Source: a virus. Taken from it: a stretch of 64,000 bases of DNA. Under the pieces are notes generated by a model. That model did not search any database and had not been told where the DNA came from. It saw nothing but the letters and a program-made list of their open reading frames with translations. The stretch lies in the IMG/VR virus record IMGVR_UViG_3300021962_000026. One strand, written 5' to 3'. Positions 1 through 9,258 of this stretch are shown in pieces; positions within the stretch are counted from its first letter, which is position 1, and every line of letters starts with the position of its first letter. The translations under genes and the position numbers were made by a program.

Positions 1-75
1 AAGGTCAACATAATTCGTGTCTGCACTATTTTGTGCAAAGGTTAACCAGCCCTTGGGTTCGTCCTTTGGTTGCAT
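1..75 (-). CDS. N-terminus of putative glycosyltransferase-like protein (partial, runs off window)
   Basis: Manual translation from ATG at 75: MQPKDEPKGWLTFAQNSADTNYVDL; resembles the start of the 770..1555 protein (G-hydrophobic-A...DY), suggesting a paralogue. Confidence 0.5.
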   Translation of the reverse strand, partial: MQPKDEPKGWLTFAQNSADTNYVDL

Positions 76-87
76 TACATTTTTTCC

Positions 88-804
88 TTAGAAAATGCCT
101 TTTTCTTTCATATAATCATATATTTTTAAATGTCCATGTCTGTTCATATGAAGACCGTCTGGACGAAAATATTTCTCTATCATAGGACTAGATTTATTTT
201 TATACGCTGTTAGATAATTTCTATGATTGAAACTATCATCTGCTAAGAATTTTAAAAAATTTTCATTCCTAGAAGTTACTTCTTTTACACTCCACATTTG
301 ATTGATGCATCTAGGAAAAACTTGATCGGGTATTAGCCAAGTTGGCAAATATTCTATTACAGGAATTAAGTTATTATATTTTTTTATTGATTCTAAGTTA
401 ATAGGAAAACATCCTCCTAAGCAATGAATTCTTTTATTAGTTTCATTTAACTCTTTGTATGCCTGATCTAATAGAGTTTTTTCTAGTGTCAAAAAATCCT
501 CAATCGAATCAATCCCTTTATAAAAAAGATTTGATTTTGCCCTGCATTTATTCCATCTTTCTCTAAGGGGATCACTTTGAAACCATATAATTCTATCATA
601 TATATTGGGCTGTTCTCGTATTAATACCACTTGACTATAATTATCACCACCACCTTGACCTATATTTGTAACTGTATGGCCATCGTTCTGTAAATATTCA
701 GTTAAACCACGATGTAGCACTACATACTCGCGTTCTGAGTTTTCTCCCCATTCGCCCTGACTCCAACTGTCACCTGCTATTAGAATATGCATCCATTGCT
801 CCAT
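88..804 (-). CDS. SGNH/GDSL-like hydrolase (likely start at 792)
   Basis: N-terminal IAGDSW block and C-terminal DGLH (DxxH) motif. Confidence 0.6.
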   Translation of the reverse strand: MEQWMHILIAGDSWSQGEWGENSEREYVVLHRGLTEYLQNDGHTVTNIGQGGGDNYSQVVLIREQPNIYDRIIWFQSDPLRERWNKCRAKSNLFYKGIDSIEDFLTLEKTLLDQAYKELNETNKRIHCLGGCFPINLESIKKYNNLIPVIEYLPTWLIPDQVFPRCINQMWSVKEVTSRNENFLKFLADDSFNHRNYLTAYKNKSSPMIEKYFRPDGLHMNRHGHLKIYDYMKEKGIF

Positions 805-1555
805 ATATTTCTGGATCCTGCAAACAGGCTTTGTTCATACAGTGTAGATTTACTCCTTTGAGTTTAACAGCATTAAACTTATCACCATCAACATAGCGTA
901 TCTTTAGTTCATCATCCTTTACTGCATATATACTATCCACAGTGCTTAAACTTGCTAGTGGGTGGTTAAAGTATGTGCCACTGGAATAGCCATTCATAAG
1001 TTGGTGTGCTATAGTTAAACTAAAATCGTTGCGATATTTGCCAGCAGTAAATCCCCAAAACTTTGCATAGTAACGCCAATTTGCTTGTACATTTTTCATC
1101 ATTTCAAATATGTTATAGGCTAGGTCGCATTTGCGGAAATAAACGACCGTAGCCCATAACATTGGATGGCCAGCTCTAGTCATCCAGCGATCATGTTTAA
1201 AACTATCCGTGGAGGTGACGTCCCAAACTTGATCATAACATAAAAACTCGTTGTTGCTACCAAAATATTGTTTTAAATTGTCGTTGAATGTGAGATAGTC
1301 TACATCTATTAGTAGTGTTTCATCATAAGGACTTAAATCATATGCAAGTGTTCTATCACTATTATACCAGGGTACAGTAACAACTTCGCCTGCATGCCAG
1401 CGAAATGCTCTAGTATTGCCTGGACGTGCTTCACCTATGTGTATATGTGTGTCTATCCCTAAATGTTTTTCTACAAGTTTTGCTGCTAAACGAGCAAAAC
1501 CAATGTAGTCTATTGTTTCATGTGGTGTGGCAAGTAAGAGTGCACCCCTACCCAT
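770..1555 (-). CDS. putative glycosyltransferase (GT-A/GT8-like)
   Basis: LSPYDETLLIDVDY (DxD motif), WATVVYF, RNDFSL; family common in large T4-like phages. Confidence 0.6.
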   Translation of the reverse strand: MGRGALLLATPHETIDYIGFARLAAKLVEKHLGIDTHIHIGEARPGNTRAFRWHAGEVVTVPWYNSDRTLAYDLSPYDETLLIDVDYLTFNDNLKQYFGSNNEFLCYDQVWDVTSTDSFKHDRWMTRAGHPMLWATVVYFRKCDLAYNIFEMMKNVQANWRYYAKFWGFTAGKYRNDFSLTIAHQLMNGYSSGTYFNHPLASLSTVDSIYAVKDDELKIRYVDGDKFNAVKLKGVNLHCMNKACLQDPEIYGAMDAYSNSR

Positions 1556-1952
1556 TTACTCGTTTCCTCAAATCACTTGTACTAAAGCGGTGTTCTCTTT
1601 TATTAAAATAAAGTTCTATACCTCGTTTAGCGCAAATAGCTCTGCCAGTGAATCTTCCGTCCTTGTATTCTTCTCCTATAATACGAACATGGATATTGTA
1701 CATTAACAATATGTCTTCTAAATCAGCTTCAGTAGCATATGGAATAATTTCATCAACATAGCTAACTGCTTTTAGTTGTGTATAACGCTCTACTACTGTT
1801 TGTACTGGTTTATTCTTTTCAGGCCTGTCAATACTAGGGTCTATTTGTAGCCCGCATATTAGATAATCACATTGATCTTTAGCTTCACGCAACATTATTA
1901 CGTGACCAGCATGCAATAAATCAAACGAGCTACAAGTAAAACCTACTCTCAT
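1548..1952 (-). CDS. cytidylyltransferase (TagD/glycerol-3-phosphate cytidylyltransferase-like)
   Basis: FDLLHAGH (HxGH), YVDEII and RFSTSDLR motifs; 134 aa. Confidence 0.85.
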   Translation of the reverse strand: MRVGFTCSSFDLLHAGHVIMLREAKDQCDYLICGLQIDPSIDRPEKNKPVQTVVERYTQLKAVSYVDEIIPYATEADLEDILLMYNIHVRIIGEEYKDGRFTGRAICAKRGIELYFNKREHRFSTSDLRKRVNG

Positions 1953-2275
1953 AGTTGTTCTACACGCCTAACTTTTCGCAGTTCTTCATGTTGATTGTGC
2001 CAATCATTCATAACTTCGTACCAGCGTTCTCTACATTTTGCGAGCATATCCGCAGTATCATCTATACGCACAGGATTGTCATAATTGTCTATGAGATATA
2101 AGATATGCTCATCACCCCAGGTACTGAGCAATGCCATTAGTTCAACTGTGATGCGAAATTGGCCGCCGCTATGTGTAATAGTTAAACGCTGTTCTTGTTG
2201 TTCTTTAAGAGCCAGACGTTGGCGATTATGATCCAGACGTTGGCGAGCAAACTCTTCATAGGATTCTATTGTCAT
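1949..2275 (-). CDS. hypothetical protein
   Basis: 108-aa ORF translationally coupled (ATGA overlap) to the cytidylyltransferase, with a consensus promoter directly upstream. Confidence 0.7.
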   Translation of the reverse strand: MTIESYEEFARQRLDHNRQRLALKEQQEQRLTITHSGGQFRITVELMALLSTWGDEHILYLIDNYDNPVRIDDTADMLAKCRERWYEVMNDWHNQHEELRKVRRVEQL

Positions 2276-2281
2276 GTTGTC

Positions 2282-2310
2282 AGTATAACAGGGGCTTTCG
2301 CCCCTGTCAA
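2282..2310 (-). promoter_or_regulatory. sigma70-type promoter TTGACA-N17-TATACT whose spacer forms a GC hairpin (probable terminator of the upstream late operon)
   Basis: Minus strand TTGACA GGGGCGAAAGCCCCTGT TATACT; stem ACAGGGGC/GCCCCTGT with GAAA loop; ATG 6 nt after the -10. Confidence 0.75.
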
Positions 2311-2360
2311 CTTATATAAATTTAAATATGAAGTTTGACCCTAATAATAAGTTTAAAATA

Positions 2361-3290
2361 TTAACCGATTGTATTAGTTACTGTTGACCAGGTTGGAGTT
2401 CCCCATGAAGCACTAATATAAGTAGTATTTGGTCTCTGGTAATTGAAATAAGCATACTTTGTTCCGTCTACTTGGTCAAGAACATTATAAACATTTTTGT
2501 TATAGCCGGTTTGGTCTGCTGCATCATCAACCCATTGCCATTGGAAATCCATAGTAGTTGCAGTTCCTGCATTTGGTGCTAAAATTGAAAAATCAATACG
2601 GTTAGCAGTATATGGACCAGTGTTTTCATACTGTCTGAACACAACGCCGTTTGGACTATCCCAGTAACCTGCGTTAGTTGTGTTAATGTTTACTGAACCA
2701 CTACCACCACTCTTTCCGCTTGTGGTATTGTACATGTAATATGTACCAACTTCACTGGCAAGGTTGTTCCATTCGTTTGCTTTACTATCACTGGTATGGC
2801 CTGACAAGTCTGTTGTGAAGTAGCAGCGTCCGCCTGCGTTCCAGAAATAACGAGCAGCGTTTGCACTAGCAAATGTAAGTCTTGCTCTTGCTGTGAATGT
2901 GCCCTGGAAGTTACCAGCGTTTGAAATTGTTCCTGTTACCGCTGCACTGTAACCAGCTGCCACACTACCAACACTGGTTTGTGCGTTGGTAATTGTTGTA
3001 ATGTCACCAGCCATAGTGCTAAACACGCTAATTGTGTTGCCTGCGCTTGGGTTACTAGTAGTATCAATAGTAATACTGCCATCTGTACCATAATGATCAC
3101 TAATTGCTCTAATAGTGTTCATAAGTGATGACCATTGTGCCGCTGTTACTGTATTACCAGCACTAACAGTGGACAATGCAGTTTGTCCTAAGCCTTTATT
3201 TCCGGAGCCAGTGCCCCAAATAGCATTAACACTATCTACAAAGCCATTGTAGTGTGCTGCTTCAATTGTACCACCTGCACTATATGCCAT
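2361..3290 (-). CDS. virion structural protein (tail/baseplate-associated)
   Basis: S/T/G/N-rich 309 aa, last gene of the late baseplate/fibre operon, MAY- start like neighbours. Confidence 0.6.
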   Translation of the reverse strand: MAYSAGGTIEAAHYNGFVDSVNAIWGTGSGNKGLGQTALSTVSAGNTVTAAQWSSLMNTIRAISDHYGTDGSITIDTTSNPSAGNTISVFSTMAGDITTITNAQTSVGSVAAGYSAAVTGTISNAGNFQGTFTARARLTFASANAARYFWNAGGRCYFTTDLSGHTSDSKANEWNNLASEVGTYYMYNTTSGKSGGSGSVNINTTNAGYWDSPNGVVFRQYENTGPYTANRIDFSILAPNAGTATTMDFQWQWVDDAADQTGYNKNVYNVLDQVDGTKYAYFNYQRPNTTYISASWGTPTWSTVTNTIG

Positions 3291-3308
3291 AAGTTCAATT
3301 CCCCTGCT

Positions 3309-4991
3309 TTAATTTATTGTAACGAAGGCTTCGATTGTGCCTTCATCCTCAGTTGTTTTGGTTTCGATTGCACGACCAATAACGTTAAAGCTAGTTGCTT
3401 CTCCGGGTTGTGCTGCTCTTGCTAGACCATTTCCTGCACTAACAAGTCTCTCACCTTTATTTATTAAGCCTACTACTCTAACTGGCACACGGCCCGCAAC
3501 AGCAACTGGTGCTGATGTTTCGCCACGCAAACCTGCGTTCATCATATAGGCTGGTTTATGGCTAATTACGCCAAATACTTGATCACTTAGCTCTTCATTT
3601 ACTCGAGTAATTTCTTCTACACCACCAAGAGCAACAACTGTTCCTGCTTCATAGATCGCATCTGCCTGGAAGCGTTCTGCAACGTCAGCGTATTCTGCTG
3701 AACTTGCTGTACCTGAAAATATACTTGTTGTTAGTGTATTAGTGCTAGGATTGTAAGTAAGACCGGTATCAGTCTCTATGCCTTGTCCACCAGTTGCACC
3801 ATCAACGAACGTAATGTACACAGTTTCGTTTGTAGAGTTGTTTGCTGTTGCTGTAACATTTGTTGCTGTAGTTGCAGTAGTTGCTGATGTTGCTGATGTT
3901 GCACTAGTTGCAGTATCTGCATTACCTGTCAAGTTACCAGTTACATTACCAGTAAGCGTTCCTACAAGGTTTGTAGCAGTAATAGTTCCACCATTTGTAA
4001 TACTGTTAGTACCTAAATTAATAGGACCAGCCATTGTGCCGCCAGCTAGTGGAAGGTAAACTGAAACGCCACTACTTACTTGGCTATCAACATATCCTTT
4101 AGTAGCAGCATCTGAACTTGCAGTAGGTGTAGCAAGTGCACTAATTTTTTTGCTGCTAACATCTACTGTACCAGTACCATTAGGAGCAAGAACAATGCTA
4201 CCATTTGTATTTGTATTTGTTAATACTGGATTGCTACTACCGTTAATTGTAATTGTTAAATCACTGTCAACACCAACTACTACGCCAGTGTCATTTAAAA
4301 TACTAAGTACGCCGCTTGTGCTGTCACTTGCATTACTACGCAAATAGTTTGCTGCCGCAACACCACCAAGAGCGTCTGCATCGGTTGCTGTACCTTGTAG
4401 TTTAGCACCTGTTACTGTTGTACTAAGTTGAATGCCTGGTTTAATTGTAGTAAACCCGCTTAAAGCTGCCTGTGGAGTAAATTCTGTATCTTTACTTACT
4501 GTACCAACAACGACGTTACTAACATATAGTTTTACAACTACATGGTCAGCAGCAGCATTATCAGTTACAACTTCAACAATGGCACCTGAAGTTCCTGAAC
4601 CGCTAGTAAATGCTGGACCAATTGTAGTAAAACTACTGCCGTTATAAACTTTTAATTGTCCGTTTGTAGTATCCCACCAAAGATCGCCAGTTACACTGCC
4701 AGAAGGTGTTGTAGCACTTGCTGTACTTGAACTGACGGTTTTGAATGCACTACCTGTATAAACCTTAAGTAGGTTATTTGTTGTATCCCACCACATTTGA
4801 CCTGCAAGAGGTGAACTTGGTGCGCTAGTGTTAGCGAAATTTTCGAGCAGTTTTACATAGTTTTCGTTAAGGAATTCACCGTAACCTGCATAGTTTTTAC
4901 CAATTAGAACTAGATCTGTTGAGGTATCAATTGTACCATCTGAAACAGTTGCTAAAACAGATCCGTTGGTTTTATTTACTGTATATGCCAT
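3309..4991 (-). CDS. tail fibre / baseplate-attached fibre with C-terminal YAD(V/L)AE chaperone-like domain
   Basis: LIGKNYAGYGE...ENF N-terminus, GQMWWDT/GDLWWDT repeats, DAATKGYVD, C-terminal YADVAE...AVAGRVPV. Confidence 0.7.
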   Translation of the reverse strand: MAYTVNKTNGSVLATVSDGTIDTSTDLVLIGKNYAGYGEFLNENYVKLLENFANTSAPSSPLAGQMWWDTTNNLLKVYTGSAFKTVSSSTASATTPSGSVTGDLWWDTTNGQLKVYNGSSFTTIGPAFTSGSGTSGAIVEVVTDNAAADHVVVKLYVSNVVVGTVSKDTEFTPQAALSGFTTIKPGIQLSTTVTGAKLQGTATDADALGGVAAANYLRSNASDSTSGVLSILNDTGVVVGVDSDLTITINGSSNPVLTNTNTNGSIVLAPNGTGTVDVSSKKISALATPTASSDAATKGYVDSQVSSGVSVYLPLAGGTMAGPINLGTNSITNGGTITATNLVGTLTGNVTGNLTGNADTATSATSATSATTATTATNVTATANNSTNETVYITFVDGATGGQGIETDTGLTYNPSTNTLTTSIFSGTASSAEYADVAERFQADAIYEAGTVVALGGVEEITRVNEELSDQVFGVISHKPAYMMNAGLRGETSAPVAVAGRVPVRVVGLINKGERLVSAGNGLARAAQPGEATSFNVIGRAIETKTTEDEGTIEAFVTIN

Positions 4992-5048
4992 TGTTTTTAA
5001 ATCTCCGCGGACTTTAAATTATTTATCATGCTTTATAATGTAGGTACA

Positions 5049-5711
5049 TTATAAACCACTTAGATTAGTCAAAGTTTGAATTCTAATAGTATAGTCTATT
5101 TGTATAAGTCTATTCAAACTTTTTTGTACTGGATGGAAAATTACATGGGTTAACAATTTTCCTGTGTTAACTGTGCCAATCCAGCTCTTAAGACCTAGTT
5201 CATCGAATGTATATGTGTCATTAAAATTACTAGTATTATCAAATGCTTGTTGATCGTTAGGCTCGCCGTAATCAAGCAAGCAACTAACAACGATGTCAGT
5301 ATATACTTGGCCACTCACATGACTAACTGTAAGTTTGTTTCTACCTGCGTCAGTATTCAAACTTGAATTATCATCCACAACTTTATAATAGGTTTGGTTA
5401 TAAAGGCTAGCGTTCTGCCCACTGCTATTAGCAGGCAAGTATGTAATAACACCTGTAGGATCAACGTTTGTACCGCCGTTACCAAATGCCATTTCATGAA
5501 TAAAGCCTGTTGTTTTATTTGCTACACTAAGAGCAAGGGCTTCACTCATGTTTTCATAGTGAATAGCATTTCGTTTGTTTACAAATTCCTCGCCTGAATC
5601 AGGATCAAAGATACGAATATGTCCTTCCATTAGGACACCTCCCTTTTCTCTGAGGGGAGACTCTGGCTGGACTTGTTGTTGTTTTACTTCCATGTCTTTA
5701 TCTTCCTGCAT
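5049..5711 (-). CDS. baseplate/tail-collar structural protein
   Basis: AFGNGG, FDELGL and IFHPVQKSLNRLIQIDYTIR motifs; position between fibre genes. Confidence 0.6.
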   Translation of the reverse strand: MQEDKDMEVKQQQVQPESPLREKGGVLMEGHIRIFDPDSGEEFVNKRNAIHYENMSEALALSVANKTTGFIHEMAFGNGGTNVDPTGVITYLPANSSGQNASLYNQTYYKVVDDNSSLNTDAGRNKLTVSHVSGQVYTDIVVSCLLDYGEPNDQQAFDNTSNFNDTYTFDELGLKSWIGTVNTGKLLTHVIFHPVQKSLNRLIQIDYTIRIQTLTNLSGL

Positions 5712-5717
5712 ATTATA

Positions 5718-8700
5718 TTATACCTTTAACATACATTCAACAAGTTTTTCACCTGTATCTGTATTTGTTTCTAATGCTATACCTACTCTATCACCTGTTG
5801 ATGCTACGCTAGCAACTCCATTATCGTCAGCTCTAACAACTTGACCTTTTTCAACTGGACCTACAATTCGTACTCTAACTCGTCCAACTAGCGCAACTGG
5901 TATACCACCTTCTTGTTCACTGTTCATTAAATAGGCCGGATTTTCACTAACTACGCCAGCAGGTACATCTATGCTATTGCATTGTGTAACTTCAAACGCT
6001 CCGCCTACTTTTAATACGGTTCCTGCTGCATAGCCGGCATCTGGAATGTACATTTCTGCCAAGTCAGCGTATTGTGCAGTGGTCGCTGTACCACTAAACA
6101 CACTGGTTGAAAGTGTATTTGTACTTGGATTGTATGTAAGTCCAGTACTGTCAACCTCAATGCCTTGAGCACCACTTGTGCCATCAACAAAAGCAATATA
6201 AACTGTTTCGTTAGTTGCAGTATTGTCTGTTGTTGTAACATTAGTAGAGGTAGTTGCTGTAGCACTGTTACCAGAACAGGCTGCTGCGGTAGTTGCGGTT
6301 GTAGCATTGCCTGATAATGCGGCTGTAATAGTACCTGCACTAAAATTACCACTACCATCGCGGAAAACAATAGTACTTGCTGTATTTGCATTTGTAGCAT
6401 TTGATGTAACTGTAAATGTTGCACCTTCTGAAGCAGCACTACCACTGAGACCGTTACCGCTTACTGCACCAGCAGCAACATAATTCCCTGTTGTGTCTGT
6501 TCCCAAAGCAACTGAGTTAGCAGCGATTGTTGTAGCAAATGACAAGTTACCTGAACCATCAAATGTACCACTAGTACCTGTAACGTCACCTGTTAATGAA
6601 ATTGTTCTGCCTGTAGCCCATTTGGTTGCTGTAGCGGCATTACCACTTAGTGCACCATTAAATGTATCAGCAGTAATTCTACCAAGTGAGGGATTATATG
6701 TTAATCCTGCATCATGATGAACTGCCGTAACAGCACCACTTGTAATATCTCCAAAATATAGTTGCTCTTCAGCATTTGTTGTTGTGTCACTAGTTGTTGT
6801 AGCGCCAGCAGCAGCCCAACTTAATGTGCCAGAGGCATTACTAACTAGTGCATAACCACTTACTGCTGCATCTGCATTAGGAAGTGTCCAGGTTATATTA
6901 CTTGCTACAGTTGCAGGAGCCTGGAATGCAACATAATTGCTACTATCTGCATCGCCAAAACGTAAATCACTTTGTGCAGTAAGCAATGTGTCGCTTTGTA
7001 GTTGTATAGTGCCTGTGCCGCTAGCTGCTAGTTCTAGACCTTCATTACTGTTGATTGCTTTAATTTCTGTGCCACTGATTTCAAGTGATCCAGTTTTTAA
7101 GTTTTTAACTTCAAAGTTACCGTATTCAAAGCCCAAACTGCCTGTGTTGATTGTTCCTGTGGGTTCTGGTGTATAGTTTCCTACTGCTTTCCAAGTTCTT
7201 TCGCTTTGATCCCAGTATATACCAACGTGAGTATAACCATACTTTCCTGTGCCGTTGTTTTCGTTTGCCCAAAAACCTGCATCTCTTGCAATTGGTGCCG
7301 CAGTGCCTGACCATACATCACCTGATGTGTGTCCAGTTGTGGCTGCAAACTCTATGGTAATATTATTGTCTAGACTTTGTTGCGATCCTGTAATACTAAC
7401 ACCTGTTGCTTCTGTTGTGCTAAAGTTGTCTTTGGACCATTCAAATGTGTCAGGTGTGCCAGTACCATCAATGCGAACATAATAAGTTGTTGAGGTTGCA
7501 CCTTCAAAGTAACCTTTAAATGTGCCGTCATCAAGTCCGCTGCCTACAAAGTTTGTGCCACTATCGCCAATAGCATCACCACCGTTTAGGTAAATGAAGC
7601 TATCTGCAATACTAAGGTTTTGTGAATCTACTGTGGTAGTTGTACCTGTAACTGTTAAATCACCACCTACTGTTAGGTTATTAGTAACAGTAACATTGTT
7701 TGGTAGTCCAATAGTAATTTTATTGGGACTAACTGTAGTTTGGATTTCGTTTGCAGTACCCTCAAAATCTATAGTGTCACCAGTTGAAACTGTATCATTA
7801 GAACCACCATCTGCTTGTAGTGTAAAGATTGTAGTTCCACTTGACAATGCACTGTCTACATAGGCCTTTGTTGCTGCATCTGTGCCTGCTGTTGGAGTAG
7901 CCATGTTGGTGACTTTGTTAGCACCCATATCCACTGTTTGACTTCCAGCAATAGTTAATCCATTTAGTGTGCCAACACTTGTAATGTTTGTTTGTGCTGC
8001 GGTACCTAGTGTGCCTATAATAGAGGATGATGCTGACACAGTAGTTGCTGCAACTGTATCAATATATGCTACTGACCATTCATTGCCACTTGCGCCCAGG
8101 GTGTAACTACTATCCGCATTAGGTTCTAAAGTGCCATCAATTAATACAGAACCTGTGCCATTTGGTTTTAAAATAATGTCACTGTTTGTACTTGTATTTT
8201 CAATAGTGTTTGCTGCACTGTTGATCTTAATGTTGCCAAACTCTGGTGAACTAGCCAGTGCAATATTAATGTAGTCTGCGTTTTGTGTTAATACTACATT
8301 GCTATCGCTAGTAATACTTCTCATCTGGAATGTAACGCCAATTTTTGTCTTAAATAAGCCAACACTATCTGCTACAGCCTGGTTTTGCATTTGGTTTGCT
8401 TCACCGCCTGCTGCACCAGGAAGTTCTGCAAGTTCTAGTCTATTATTAGCAGCAACCCAAGTTAGTCCATACCCGTCTGTTGTTGACCCAAGGACAACAT
8501 CGCTTAAATCATCTATACTTGCTGCGGCAATACGAGCATCTGCTCTAGCATCAGTATAGTACATTGTACCGCTGCTGCCTGTTGCGGCTGGATCCTCCGG
8601 CAAGTCTGCTGTATTAACCTGATTAGCGCCTGTACCAAAATCAATATGTGTATCGTTTACGCCATTAGCATCAATAGTAATTGTTAGTGTATCGCCACTT

Positions 8701-9206
8701 TGTGATGTAACAATACCACTACTACCTGTTACTGTCAATGTATCGCCTAGATCTATAGCATTGCTTCCGCTGTTAGCAGCAACAAAAAAACTACTGTTAC
8801 TAATACTAGAGTTAGGAATATTTGCAAGTTCAATAATACCTGTACTGTTATCATATGTAACACCACTTGCTGTTGTAGCACTTATATGTGCACGAACTTC
8901 ACTCGCAGCCGGGCCAATATATGTTATGACACCTGTTGAGCTGTCATAACTTAAACTACCATCTCCGCCAGTGTCAGCGACACTTATGGCTGCTCTAGTT
9001 CTAGCATCAGTATAATAAAGATTAGTATTTTCTGTTATATTTGCGGTTGTAATGGTTACAGCATTGCTATCAGCAGATAAACCATTTATAGTTTTGATAT
9101 AATTTGTTTCAAGAGCAGTGGTTCTTGAGTTTAGATCAGTGAAGTTCCCGTCCATTTGTGCATGGGTTAAAGGTTGACTTCTACTGCTTCTTAATACTAT
9201 TGCCAT
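5718..9206 (-). CDS. long tail fibre protein
   Basis: 1162 aa T/S/G-rich; LTHAQMDGNF N-terminus, YYTDAR repeats, C-terminal YADLAE domain paralogous to 3309..4991. Confidence 0.7.
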   Translation of the reverse strand: MAIVLRSSRSQPLTHAQMDGNFTDLNSRTTALETNYIKTINGLSADSNAVTITTANITENTNLYYTDARTRAAISVADTGGDGSLSYDSSTGVITYIGPAASEVRAHISATTASGVTYDNSTGIIELANIPNSSISNSSFFVAANSGSNAIDLGDTLTVTGSSGIVTSQSGDTLTITIDANGVNDTHIDFGTGANQVNTADLPEDPAATGSSGTMYYTDARADARIAAASIDDLSDVVLGSTTDGYGLTWVAANNRLELAELPGAAGGEANQMQNQAVADSVGLFKTKIGVTFQMRSITSDSNVVLTQNADYINIALASSPEFGNIKINSAANTIENTSTNSDIILKPNGTGSVLIDGTLEPNADSSYTLGASGNEWSVAYIDTVAATTVSASSSIIGTLGTAAQTNITSVGTLNGLTIAGSQTVDMGANKVTNMATPTAGTDAATKAYVDSALSSGTTIFTLQADGGSNDTVSTGDTIDFEGTANEIQTTVSPNKITIGLPNNVTVTNNLTVGGDLTVTGTTTTVDSQNLSIADSFIYLNGGDAIGDSGTNFVGSGLDDGTFKGYFEGATSTTYYVRIDGTGTPDTFEWSKDNFSTTEATGVSITGSQQSLDNNITIEFAATTGHTSGDVWSGTAAPIARDAGFWANENNGTGKYGYTHVGIYWDQSERTWKAVGNYTPEPTGTINTGSLGFEYGNFEVKNLKTGSLEISGTEIKAINSNEGLELAASGTGTIQLQSDTLLTAQSDLRFGDADSSNYVAFQAPATVASNITWTLPNADAAVSGYALVSNASGTLSWAAAGATTTSDTTTNAEEQLYFGDITSGAVTAVHHDAGLTYNPSLGRITADTFNGALSGNAATATKWATGRTISLTGDVTGTSGTFDGSGNLSFATTIAANSVALGTDTTGNYVAAGAVSGNGLSGSAASEGATFTVTSNATNANTASTIVFRDGSGNFSAGTITAALSGNATTATTAAACSGNSATATTSTNVTTTDNTATNETVYIAFVDGTSGAQGIEVDSTGLTYNPSTNTLSTSVFSGTATTAQYADLAEMYIPDAGYAAGTVLKVGGAFEVTQCNSIDVPAGVVSENPAYLMNSEQEGGIPVALVGRVRVRIVGPVEKGQVVRADDNGVASVASTGDRVGIALETNTDTGEKLVECMLKV

Positions 9207-9258
9207 GGCGTTATCTCGTTCATTGTTATTCGTATTTATTGTGGTTTATAATCTAGTA

